A DNA stretch of 64,000 nt from assembly GCA_012295275.1 (NCBI GenBank), contig CM022665.1:29574001-29638000 (forward strand). Reading direction: 5' to 3'. The notes under the pieces are model-generated. The model made no database searches and was not told where the DNA came from. It saw only the letters and a program-made list of their open reading frames with translations. Shown here in pieces: positions 51,101 through 64,000 of this stretch. The stretch is from Chrysomallon squamiferum. Taxonomy: Eukaryota; Animalia; Mollusca. The stretch's first letter is position 1. Each line of letters opens with the position of its first letter. The position numbers were made by a program, and so were the translations under genes.

Positions 51101-54100
51101 AATTTTCCTTTGCAATTTCATCTTGTTATACACTACTTTTATTATTAAACAAATATTTTAAATTATTCTGAGTTAGGAAAAAATTCCATGCAGAACTTAC
51201 AATTTTGTTTTCCCAAAGCCAATATCAATTTATTTTTTAATTTTTTAATTTTTAAAAAAATTTTTTAGGTACTATGATAATAGAGTTACATATTATAATA
51301 TAGATACTATAAATAAAATTTTCAATGAATATTTGATTTTTAATTATAAAAACAAAGGTAAATTAATTCAATATCAGTGAAAAGTAAAGTTTACTGGAAA
51401 GTTTAATAACTATAAATTCTGAAACTTGATATATAAAATATTACAAATGGAACTTATGTTATAATCAAATTACTTACTTTGCAGCTGACAAACCCAACAG
51501 AATACCAATGGTAGTCATCTCATGACCCTATAATAATGATCACAAAAATAAATACTGCAATCTTGTTCATGTAAACATTAACTTCTAAATTCTGATTAAC
51601 TTCTGCTAGATATTTGAGTTATTAATGTTCCAACCAGTGCTCAGTAAATGTATACAAATTTTAAATATTTACAGCAAAATGGATTTAAGTAAGACTTTCT
51701 TTTCACTAAAGTATAATTCATATTAACTTTATAAAAACATCAAGTACTTAAATTACAAAGTGACTTTATTATAGAATATATAAAATAGAAGTTGGTTGAC
51801 TTCTGCAGATATTTTCAGAAAAGTTTTAAACTTTCATTCAGTACAAATCAAGCATATTCTATCTATTAATTATTCTCGCTGTTGAGCATAATGTGTGATG
51901 ATGTAGAAACTAACTGACAGTGAAAACACAAACAAAACCCCCTGGCATATGTTAGCTTACTTTGCTAAGGTAGTCATGCACATTGAAGATAGTCAGTTTG
52001 GTTAAATGACCATTAAGTCCAAGGGCCATCAGAAATCCTGAGTATTCATTAACTGAAGCTGCTTCATTCAACTTTGGCTTGTTATACATGATCCATGTAG
52101 AATCAAACTGAAATAGTCAATCAACAGAGAACATTTTAAGGGAGATGCTGATAATACGTAATACTGATGGAATCAAATCTAAAAATAAACATAATAAGAC
52201 TAAAAGATTTGTTACAAATTTTAAAAATCTATGTAATTTTAAGCTGAAGTAACATTTTAAATGCCTGTAAATGTCAGTTTTTTTTACATCCATCTGAATC
52301 ATTTAACACCTGAGATAATAAATTCAGATTTTAAATATATTATTTTCTATCAAGTATATTTTATAAATTGTTTGTTTTGTTAAATATATTCTAAATAATT
52401 TTTAATTTTTAAAATTTTAGAACATTTTACATCTAAAAAGTGATTTTTATTGAGCAACATTGTATTACCTGGGACGAGTTAGCTATTCTGAGTCCTGCAG
52501 CTACACCATTGTGAAAATGTGGCCATGATGCCATATTAGGAGCAACATCAATATGACTTAAGTCAACTGCTGTATTTCTACAGTAAATGCAATATCTTAT
52601 AACATTAATAATAACAACAACAATAATAACAACAATAATAACAACAATAACAATAAAGTTTTAATTAAATGCATGTATTTTGTTTTCTTGTGTAGTTTTT
52701 CATTTTCATTTTCTGGCCTGAAAAGTTTTCATATGATATAAGGTTGTGTAGGCTTAAAACAATTATTAAATTTAATTAACTTTTATAACTTATTTCTTAC
52801 CTTGGTGGTGCTCGACCTGTGAGACACAGTCTGGGAGTTGGGAGTGGCTCAGTAGGAACAGGGTGAAAGGTGCACAGAGAAAACATTCCTCTGAAAAATA
52901 AATAAATAAAAAATAAAAAAATAATTTTTATGTTGACAGTTTTAGTAAAATAAAACAGCAGAATAACACTCAACATTAAATACAAAAGAAATCATTTTAT
53001 TACTCAGAAAGTTACCATTAGAACAATTTTAAATAAGTTATTTTCTTACCTTCCTGTGGACAGAGCCATTGTTCGAACACAGATGGAGAATAAATGTCTT
53101 TCTTGTTCTTCAATAAAATCATGATCACTAAAACAGAGTATATCATCTCAATAACAAATGCAGGAAAAGGAATTATATTTAATATCAGTATACAAATGCA
53201 TATTATCAGTGATTATAAGAGTAACATTGTTTTGAAGCATATTAAAACAGTAATTATATGAAATTTACTTTTGTAAGTTCAGAAATAAAGTATGCATTAT
53301 CCTGAGGTTTACATTAGATTACTTAAAATAAATTAAAATGCTGTAATATCTTGGATGTATGGCTAACCTGACTTCAGGTCGTTGTACAAGTGCAATCTTA
53401 GCAGGTTTTGCTGACTGAAGCAGACGTCTGACTTCCTGAACTCTTAAATCATCACTGAATCTCAACTTTAACAACTGATTAAAAAAATAAAAAAACATAT
53501 GTATCAACAAATTAAAATGAAGCTCATGACTAAAGCTAAGAAGTAGTGAAATATTAAACAGTATATGAAGTCCAAACAATATTGGTGTTAACTTTTTCCT
53601 CACCCATTCTCAATTATAGTTGAGAAGAAACCTGTAAATATTGCTGTCAACATTCAGTGAAATTATGAATTTTGATGGGTTCCATTTGGCACTGGACAGA
53701 AAAAGTGAAACATAACTTTATCAAGCATGGTGAAAAATGTAAACAATGACAACTATCATAAGCCTGATATTTTTTTACTTGGTTGAGGCATATAAGGTAG
53801 GGGTATAGCTAGGGTTATGGCTGTATGTGGAACAAAGTATTACCACAGATGAATTTCTGGTAACATTCGAAGCAGTATAGGAACAAAGTAGGTATGTATC
53901 TATCAAAAAAACAATAACAGCATGGAATGAAGGCATGAGTACTCACATGAGCCTGTAGTTTGTATTCTAGAAAAGAAGGCAATCATGTTGAAACTAATTT
54001 AGGCTATCATGTTGCAACAGAGAAGTTGTCTGCAGTCCATATTTATATTTACCTACAATTTTTCCACTCATGTCAACTTATTTAAAGACTGGAAAGAACA

Positions 54101-57100
54101 GAACAATGGTTCATGCAAGATAGTGAAGGTAGGTCATGCTGCCCATCTTTAAAAACCTGTTAACAAATGTAAAACAGGTACTCTGCATGAACTTTCCCCC
54201 ACGTACAAACATAACAGAAATAAGCTTGTTGTTGGGTAGATGCCAAAATGCCCTGTGTAATATCTTGAAAGTGTTTAATAAGTATTTTGATTTCAATGAC
54301 TGACACATTTATTCTACATATGAATGCAACACCACTGATCCAGTCATCTGTTGCAATAGGTTGTTGAAAGTACACACAAACATAACAAAAGTTTATGTTA
54401 CAGACCATGTTAGACAATGAATTTAGACTTACTGAACAACACTTCATAGCACTTGTAGATGGATCAAAACCAGATTGTTTTTGTTTGTACAAAATGACTC
54501 AACAAGAAATGCATGCACATAAAACAAAACATCTTACAGGAGCAATAAATATTATCCCAAAATACCACCTTGAGTGGCTGGTTACATGTATGAGATATTC
54601 CATAATAAAAAATATTATAAAACAAACTTTGAGTTGGTAATAAAGTTTATTATAAAATACAAATTTATACAGCAAAATTAACTGGTGGTTCTCCAGTTTC
54701 TCCAAATTGATGAATATACATAAATAAAATCAGTTAAGCATTATAATAAAATTTTCTATAAATTTATTTCAAATATTTTGACAAATAAGACTTTCTACCA
54801 GGAATTGTAACATAAACCACTTGCTTTAGACCTGTTAAAAATATTAAAACAAAACTAAAATATATTAAATTTTTTTTATATTTACATCATCATCCATGTG
54901 TTCCATTCCATCCTCTTCTTCTCTGGGTTGTTTTTCTTGCATAGCTGTTGAATTTATTACTGGAATTTTAGGTTTCTGTGATTCGTTAGATAACAACTGA
55001 GAAAGATCTTGACGACCAATCAAAGTATAAGCTTCTTCTGGCCAATCAGATGGTGGGTTACATCTGCAATGTAAGATGGCTTCTCTCAATGGTATGGCAA
55101 TGCCTACTGGAATGCAGTCAAGATCTGAATCTGTAATACCTGCAGAAAATATTTCTTGTTTTAAAGTGTGTAAATTAATATTTAGATAGTAAAAATGAAA
55201 ATAAAAAATGTAACAGTTTGCAAATAAAAATAGAGTGCAGTTATTTATAATATAAAAATAAACAAAATAGAAAGAACATTATAGTTTTGTGCACAAAATA
55301 TTTTTAAAGAAAACTAGTTAATACTTTTGGAAGCATGCAGATATAAACTATTCTTTTGATAGTAATAGACGAATTCCTGGATAAATCTGTATATACTCAC
55401 TGACAGTTAAATTCATTCACTTCTTACCAAATACAAACTTTTGTTTGGTACACATGTTTCGGATTATGATATTATCTAAGAACATACCCAGCTGAGTCAT
55501 AGACAGGACTAGTCTTTCAGGTGTGTTCATAACTGGAGCAGTCTGGAGAAAGCTTAGTGATATGGAAGCATCTGCAGTAGGTGCTCTGTGACCTGCAGGA
55601 AATAATACAGTTCAACCTTCAAATGAAAACATCTATGTAAATAATAGTCAAAACTAGAAGCTGTGCCACAAACTTCAGCAGATAATATTATGTATGGCAG
55701 AAATAATTTTTGAAAAAGTCAAGAAAATGAAGGAAATCAAATGTTTTGAATTTGTAGTTAAACAATACTTACAGAGGAAAAGGTAAAACTTTGTGTGACA
55801 ACATAATCCAACATATATACAATATGTAAAACTGATGTTTAGAACGTACCTGCCTTTTACAGTAATGACAAATTCAGCAGTAGAATTTCATGTAACAGAA
55901 TAAATTGATAAAAAGTAAGGATTTAGTATTATTATTAAATATAGACATATTTTAACCTGCAGGTGCAATTTTCTTCAGACATCTATCAACAGCAACCTCA
56001 GTAGGTAAATCTTGATTCAGTAAAATGGCATACAACTGAAATGATAACATGGTAGTGTTTTGTAATTATTTCAAATAGCAAAGAAATGTTATCTGTCAGA
56101 GATTGACAGCTTACAATAAAGTACCAGAAAACATATTATTAACCCCCCCAACCCACATTACACTTAGAATGCCTACAGATATTGTTGCTGTTAAATTTTA
56201 GAGTGGAATTTGAAAAATAAAAATCTGACTTCTTTGTTAAAAAAAATATCAAAAATACTATAAAAATATTTTAAAATTTGTTAAAAGAACAAACAAACAA
56301 TTGCTATGCTTACAGAGACTATGTTGCTGATGTTTGTGCAGATTACAGGTATGTAAAGCAAGGGCTGCTGTTCCTGGCCATTCAGACTGTTGTAGATAAA
56401 GTGAAAAACACTGGGCACCTGGGACGGGAAGTACTGTGGATACTGCATCTTTTGAAGGTGATCTGTTATGCAAACAAAATCTAGTTTCTTATCACTGAAA
56501 GCTTTTCAACAAATCATTTAGCGAGAAAGAATTGCCTTATTCAGCATCAAATAAAATCATTTTATTTTTGAGAAACTTACAATTAATAAAATACAAATCT
56601 TTTATATTTTACAAATGATTAAATACATACACAAATCTGTAAATGCTTATCTAAAATGAATTTAAATAATTAAAAATTAAAAATATAATAGCAAAGTTAA
56701 ACTAAACTTGTGAAAACATTATCTGTGTTTTATCATCATTTATACCTCTTATAAACTAATTTAAAGAAAAATTTAATAAACAACTACCTTGAGAAATCTG
56801 GCTAAGGTCATCTTTTTGGTCAAACAGATGAGGAAAGTCACGAGTATAGTAATCCATGTAGGAAGAGCACTTCAAGTCACTGATATAAATTTACATTCAA
56901 AATTAGTATTTTCATGAGAAACAGTATTAAAAAAACAAAATGTAAAATATTTAATTTTTAAAAAAAAACAAGAAAAAAAATATTTATCCTATCAAAATTA
57001 TGATTTTTAGCTGTTATGGACAACAAATCTATTTAATAATAAAAAAAAAAACAAAAGAAATTTTTTTTTTTTAAAAAGTGATTATAGTTTGACAGAACTA

Positions 57101-58064
57101 CCACTTTTAAAAACAATAAATTTAAATATAATGTTCTAATTTATAAAGATAACATACCAGCTAATCTGAAACAAGAGAGGTGCCAACTCCTTTAGTTCAT
57201 TTGTCAAAGTGATATTAAGTTTCATTTCCTGAAAGTAAATAATGGTTTTAGATTCAAGAGAAGTATTTTTAATGCAAGAAAGTAAGGAAAATATTTTAAA
57301 ATATTCACAGACTTTAGAAACATCAATCATGTCTACTGAGTCAGAATTAGGAGGTAAAAGTATTAAATAAAAAAAATAAAAAAAATAACAGAGAATTTTG
57401 ATTAAAAAATCAGACATGAAAATGAAGTAGGTCTTACGATCTAGTCATTTAAGAAGCAAAGTATCAACTTCAAGTGGAAATCAAACAAAAAAGATTAATA
57501 ACAGACAAAAAAACTTATGGCTGATGCCATTTTACAAGTCATGAAATAGTTATAAATATTCTGAGATCTTGATTACAAAGATGTAAAACTATACACTAAG
57601 GTTAAAAGTGTTTATATTCTCAAATGTTATTTATTTTGTGTTCAATTTTGAACAGCAGCATTTCAGTTGACACTCATACACACACACAGATATATAAAAA
57701 TACAAAATGTGTATCGAATATGAACAAAAAATAAACAAGAAATCTATTTATGCTTGCACATTATATTTAAAAAATAAAAAAATATATACAAAAAACAAAA
57801 CAAAAGTGAAATAAAATAAAATGGTAATTCATGCAGTTTGATGTTCTCCAGTTGCAGTGCCCAGGTGCTGTAAATAAATATATTTATGATCTCTACAGAG
57901 ATATCAATCTTTAATGTCTGTGAATAGTGAACACAGAATTTTACTACAGTCGTTGCTAAATATTACTTTATTCAACATGGCTGACCGCAGCATCATGTTA
58001 GCAAGAATACTCTCACTGTATTTTGGTTTGTACTTACATTGTTGCTTTAGTTTTTCAACTTTCA

Positions 58065-58095
<31 letters not shown>

Positions 58096-59973
58096 GGAGG
58101 GTGGTTCTGGACTCAACATATAGCACCACATATCAATTTCGACAACAAAAAAAAATTGCTAAGAGCTCCATTGATACAAAAATTAAATAAAGGAACCTGC
58201 AAAGGGACACAATCAGATATATCAATACGCCTGAGAAAACTCACCAGATGGACTACTTTTGTAAAATTTGTAGTTGCCCTAGAGGAAATAAAGACCACAC
58301 AAATGTTTGGGATGCAGTAATAAAATAAAGAACTTCCACTTACTTCGTACACCAAATGAAGAGCTAACATAATGGCAGGGCAGTATGGAAACAATAGAGC
58401 TGAAGTGTTGATGAAACATGGTAGTGAGTAGCCTCTTCTGTCTGGAACAACCACACAGGGTGTCAAGCCTAACACAGGCTCTCTGGTCTCACAGATAAAG
58501 AAATGGTGATTAGAACTGATAAGATAGTCCCAGTCCTGAAACAGATTTGTATTTCTAATCTTAATGATGAAATAATGAAAACACAAACAGGGCTACTAAT
58601 AAAAAAAAAAAAATTAATAATTTTTTTTTTGGAGAAAATCCGAAAATTTGTAGTTTTGAATATGAAATAATGAAAATGAATATATAACAACATTCTAAAA
58701 AAAAAACCCATAAACATGAATAAAAATAAAATAAAAAATAAATAAATTTAAGAAGCCCTTCAAAAATAGCACTATTCATTAAATGAAAAGCTGAGTAAAA
58801 TAAAAGGTTTTACATACGTCTTCACTGCCCTGATCCGAATGTCTTGGTTTTTTACTGGACATTACTGGTGACATTGATGTATCAGAATCATGCTGCAGTA
58901 AAATAATTAATTTACATTTTAAGTATCTTAAAAATTAAATCATTCATAAATGTAAAAATAATAACTAAAAAATAATAACTAAAAAATATTGCATTCCACA
59001 TTTTGTTGTAATTGAAAAGCATTTATTTATGGTGCAGTAAATCAATAAAAACAACAGACTGGCTCTAAAATGTATACAAGCTTTGAATATTCAATTTTTA
59101 CTTTTTTTTTAAGGCATGACTTCATTTTTATCAGGTTTTCACAGAAGTCACTGAAGTTGCTATGGCTCATAGCTGTATTACAGCCAATAAGTATTCAAAA
59201 CTATGTTGATTTGAATCACTCAACAACTTTGCATATTTGGTGCTCAGTGAACTAAGCTCCTGCTCTTTGCATTTTTTAATTCTACTTGGCTGTGGCATTT
59301 CTAGTTCAAAGTTAAGACAACAGAGGTACTGTATTAACATAATACCAACCTTATTCCATGAAATATTGTGTGATAATACAAATATGTCTGCATTCATTCT
59401 ACTGTCTCTTATTTTTGGACACTGTTCTGTTGGTGGAATTGTAAGCAAAACACTTTTTAAAAACACCAAGAAATATGTGGGTTTTTGGTTTCTATTCCAC
59501 ATTTCAGTAAATCATTGGTGTTTATGGGAAGGGCACTGAGACCATCCAAATTCTGAGGCAGCAAGGCAAGTTGAAGATAAAAATCAAAGCCTACGTGTCT
59601 TTTTATATTTTTCTTAAATAATATTCAATTATTTCTTTTCCACAAACAAACACACATACATAAACCAACAAAATATATTATAAATGAAAATACAAGAAAA
59701 TGTGGTATTTGTGTTCTCTTGAATACAATAACAATTCTGACCTTGCTTGTAAGAGAAAGTCGACTGATGTTGTAACCCATCAAAAAAAGAAGTGTTCGGT
59801 GAAACAGTTTCCATTCAGTCATCACTGCTAGTCCTCCAGGAGAGTTTCTGGCTGTATACCACTTCCCTATGAACTGCAGAGCTGTATTCCTTGGTAACAT
59901 GTGTTTCAGAGCATTCAGACAGAGAACAACTAACAAACAGAAAAAATGTCATGGGTAATATAAGCTAGAGGTT

Positions 59974-60008
<35 letters not shown>

Positions 60009-63000
60009 CATAATAAAATTATATGTAACAAAAATAATTTGAAGAATTATATAATAATAACAATACTGAATAAAATCTGAATTCCTGTTATTTAACACTC
60101 ATTATGATTAAAAAATAAAACACAAAATACTAACTGCCTGGTGATGTGGCAATTTGTGGCATTGATGTACGACACATCTGACCATTCAACAATTCCTGAA
60201 AGAATATAAGAACTATTTATTCAAAGATAGAAGTATTATATGTTGACAATCCTTTATCCAAAATGCTTAGGTCTGAAACTGTTTTAGATTTCATAATTTT
60301 TCTGATTTGTGAATATAAGAATACAGTGTAAAAATATGATCTAAGTCTAAAACACAAAATCAGTTTATATTTCATTTACATCTAAACAGAGAGCCTGCTA
60401 TATATATTCTTATATAATAATTTTAACAATTGTGTGTATAAAATAAATTTGAGTAGGCTTCTAATCCTCTGGAAAACTGCAAGACTTCACTATTCCAGAT
60501 GGTTGAAAAGAGTTTAAAATTTCAGCTTTTCAGATTTTGGTTGTTCAGACAAGAGGTCCTTAACCTGTACCATGCTTTCAAGAATTTGTTTTTAATCTAA
60601 AAACAACAATCTGCAGAGAGCTATGCCTGTCTTAAATATAACAGACAGAAATATGTTCAGAAAAGAAAAAGAAGGTTATGTTTATTAAGATATCTGAAAG
60701 TGCAAGCTCTAGAATCATTTTAGTTAATAATAAATAACAAAAGATAATTTTACAAACAGCAACAAACTGAAAACTTTTAAAATCTTTTCAAGTGATAACC
60801 TACCTACAGATTGGTGGGGAAAAAAAAAAAGAAGCAAAAAGTAAGAAAGAAGTCAAACTCACTAGTGTGAATCTGTTGTCAATATTGTCTCTTAAAATCT
60901 GGATAAAACTGTTTCCCAGTGGAGGTGTGTCACTGATAGAACCCTCCAAATTAGAAGAATCATCCATCTCAATCTGAACTGGAGAAATCTGGTTCACCTT
61001 AAGTATTATAAAATCAATTAATGAAATAAAAAATCACTTTAAAGATTAATAAAAGTAAAGATAATCATGACAAAAAATAATATTTTAAATTGAATAATAA
61101 ATTTGAAAAGTAATAATTTACCTACAATCTCTGTGATTGGCTCATTACCAGATGTAACTAATTCTTTAACTTTACTGCTTCACTGGTACTCATTAGGCAA
61201 CATGATAATAGTAATCTAATGGTAAACAATGTTGTTTGTTGAATTAAAATCATTTTAATTTAATTTAATGGGTTGGGTTTTTTTATACTTTATTTCACTT
61301 CCAGTTACAACATTATTTTCAGATTAATGGAGTAAAAAGAATGATAGAAATCTTAGAATTAATGTTTTAACAGGTAACAAATTTTCCATTTAAATGGTTG
61401 AAAATGAATGCTTTTTGTTTTTTCTCACCTCTTCATCAAATCTGGCATCTAAAGCACTGGGTGGCCTGCTGGATGTGAATATTCCACCACGTGATGGACT
61501 TTCTACTGGTGTGGTTGCTCTCAACATACTCAGGGACCCAGAGCCCAAAGGCAAAAGAGGAATATAAACATGACTGATCTGTTTTTAAAAAATCAAAATG
61601 TTATTCTTAATTAACAATCAACAGTTTTCCTGTACATGTAACAAATTTATCTTATACTGATAAAATTTATTGTTTTCTATTATATCACACTGTAGCTAAT
61701 AATAAAAGGTAAAAAAAAAAATTAAAAAATTATGAAATGTTAGTTTAATTTTTATAACATAACCATTTAAAAATAGTTTTCATTCACAACTTATCTAAAG
61801 ACAAATTATACACAACACTGATAATTCTGTAAAACAGATTTATCATAGTTGCATTTGTATTATTGATAGTGTATTAATAAGAAGAAAAAGAAAAACTGGT
61901 TTCTTATAGATAAATAAAATAAATTACCTTTGTAATACCAGTATAAATGACAAGGAATCCACTGGGTTCCAGTACCACTATCATATCTAGTGCCTGAAAA
62001 AATGTAAAGAGAAAATAAGCAATCACACATTTGAAGTAATATAAATAAAACAGCAATATTACTATCATTAATTAGCAGTAAGATTTAATATACAGACACA
62101 CACACACATGAAATTAATCACAAATATAATGGTAACAAACAAAAATAGAAACAGTAAACTTGACAACTTAACAAATGACATCCCAGACAAACAGTGAAAT
62201 TAATTATAATATAAAGTCTTAATTCTATTTCTCTTTTAAGATCTCTTTCAAAGAAATATAACAAATCTAAAAGGTACACTAATTAATTTAATAGCACTGA
62301 AAGTATTCCTGTCTTCTTATTTGTTTGTACAACTACAATTATCCATTAAATTGCAGAAATAAATTTTAATAAGAAATTAACAAACCTCAATTGGTGTGGC
62401 ATCTTTTGCTGGAAGATTTGTCACAGATCCAAAAATAATTCTACTCAAGTCATTACTTTCTTCAAACTTGACACACCTGAAGAAATATTCTGAATTGTAT
62501 TACTTTATCTTTATGTAGACAAATATAAAGAAAAAAAAGTAAAACTGAAAATAAAAAATGTTTAGTAAAGTAATTGAAAATTTTGTTTTATCTTAATCAT
62601 AATAAAACACTGTAACTCACCTAACAAAACAATTATTTTTGGAAAAACTGCTAATACATGTTACCACTCTTTTGATAATTAACAATTACATATTTAAATG
62701 AAAAAACAACATGTTCAAAATAATCCATCAGTACTAACAATTTAAGAGAGTTCTAGAAAACAACAATGTTACCTCAACTGATGTCTGTAAGGAACCATGT
62801 AACACAAGTATTGCTGATCACAGACATCTTTAGAAAGGAATGCTTTTGACGATTTGCCTAAAGGCCCATCCCTGAACAAATTATTTATAAAACTAATTTT
62901 ACCATTTAGTGCATAAACAAAAGCTTGAATAACACAGTAAGCAAAAACAAAGCGTATCAGAAATCCAACATACATACATACATACATATAATAAAAAGAA

Positions 63001-63491
63001 AAAGAAATCATCTATGTCTAAAACTTAGATGATACTGTTTTCCCCAAAATAGTTTTACTGACACATTATAAAAATAAAAGGCAATAAAATATTTTAAGAT
63101 AAAAATAAAAAACATTAAAAAAAATATATTGAAAAAAAAATCTGCACTAAAGAATTAAAAAATTCTGCTGTGATGTCAACTGCAATTAATGACTTTTATA
63201 TAGCTAATAACAACAAAACAACAGTCCTGTTTCTGGTCAGACTTCAAAACACTGGCAGTTTGGAATGTACTTAAACAGTACCTGATTGGAGGTGCAGGTT
63301 CAGTCCATATATGTTCTAGACACACTTCTGGCTGGATTGGTTTCACCCAGTCAGTGAAACTGTCATTGCCTATCACTGAAAAATTGTTAGCTGCACTTGG
63401 AGTACGCAGATAAGCTGCTGGTGACCAGTTCTGAGATGGACTCTGAAACTTGTGTGCCAAACCTGATGTCATGGCTGGTGACTGAGATCGA
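41138..63491 (-). CDS. ANAPC1: Anaphase-promoting complex subunit 1, 3' part (44 exons traced; the 5' end lies beyond the window)
   Basis: Hallmark peptides: YHLQAFRHLYVLAAEPR (45327-45444), VMAGSGNLDVLRMCR..YGSHMA..GLLFLGGG (46387-46532), VNVDVTAPGATLALG (49279-49361), DRESYALAAGLALGL (50508-50599), LLPPTSTEL (50827-51011), WPHFHNGVAAGLRI (52469-52577), RFSDDLRVQEVRRLLQS (53368-53474). Last exon 41138-41232 ends in TGA; first in-window exon is 63282-63491. Traced junctions are GT-AG. Confidence 0.96.
42097..42151. repeat. (CA)n microsatellite, interrupted
   Basis: Visible dinucleotide run in an ANAPC1 intron. Confidence 0.92.
42272..42340 (+). mobile_element. Solo mariner-like terminal fragment
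   Basis: tattgggttggtacaaatattcatagcatttttcaacaggtggc resembles recalled mariner TIRs (TATT(A/G)GGTTGG...). No partner TIR found. Confidence 0.45.
42880..43121 (+). pseudogene. Mariner transposase remnant in an ANAPC1 intron
   Basis: Fragments SDVY..LKHPVIINFKGAIFLQDNARPD..SPTNYNLFLSLNNHM match the mariner motifs NRKGVIFHHDNARPH and APSDYHLFRSLQN. Confidence 0.8.
60239..60567. mobile_element. Tigger/pogo-type MITE resembling Tigger4/MER46
   Basis: TA-flanked, with decayed TIRs tatgttgacaatcctttatccaaaatgc / cagacaagaggtccttaacctg. The internal aagtctaaaacacaaaatcagtttatatttcat resembles the recalled Tigger4a consensus. Confidence 0.65.
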
Positions 63492-64000
63492 CTAAAAGCA
63501 GAATATTTATAAAATAATGTTTAGTTAAGCGTAATCACAATACTGTATAAACAATTACAAACATAATTTCTCAGTTAGGCCACATAAAAGTGTCCAACCG
63601 ATTCAGTTTTTTAAGGTAAGGCCAAAGGTTTTTTTTTTTTTTTTTTTTTTTGAATGGTGGTGTGTAACAAGAATAAAACCAACCACGGTATTCATGGTCA
63701 GAAGGCACAAAAGTAATAAACAGAAGACAAAAGAAAGTTTCTATCTAGAAATTGCACAAGAAAACATAAAAACTGCTATCAAATCTTTGTTCAAATGAAA
63801 ACTCAACTAAATGTATTTCATATGAAGGTACAAGTGGTAAATCTTTTCCTTTTCCTCAAAAAAAAAACCCCACTATTTTTAGGTTTTGAAAAAAAAATGA
63901 AAAAAAGAGGGGTAATTTGGGGGAATTTCTTAGAGTGGGCAGAGATACTAAAGAAATATGTATATCTATCTGGCTTTATAACTTGAATGAAGATCTGCAC

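Noticed and set aside
60131-60140. Apparent GC-AG intron in ANAPC1 (ccag|gcagtt)
   Set aside because: The GT donor 3 nt further on (ggca|gttagt) has the same phase and gives the residue count matching the recalled human sequence.
1-64000. CRISPR arrays, rRNA, operons or prokaryotic defence systems
   Set aside because: No repeat-spacer arrays or rRNA signatures. The window is spliceosomal-intron-containing animal DNA.

Overview
AT-rich, intron-rich animal genomic DNA, probably a mollusc or other lophotrochozoan (inferred from a recalled mollusc-type SINE and an expanded intronless TRIM-NHL cluster). It is not prokaryotic, and most entries in the ORF track are noise or single exons. Conserved genes flank an accessory region. 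At the left are the first coding exon of ITPK1 (-) and LYSET/TMEM251 (+), head to head. At the right are an 8-exon TMX1 (-) and the 3' 44 exons of ANAPC1 (-). The CpG-richer interval (~6-27 kb) holds a small 2-exon orphan tail-anchored protein gene, three single-exon RING/B-box/coiled-coil/NHL TRIM genes, and a decayed Mutator-like element carrying a vertnin/OTU-like protease domain that is split by a hAT MITE. The most striking structure is the pair of 653-aa TRIM genes. They form a ~1.79 kb near-identical inverted repeat around a ~12.4 kb core, and identity collapses at one codon (562), leaving two ~43%-identical C-terminal NHL tails. This fits gene conversion and possibly inversion-driven tail swapping. 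All alignments and counts were made by eye, and family assignments come from recalled motifs rather than database searches.
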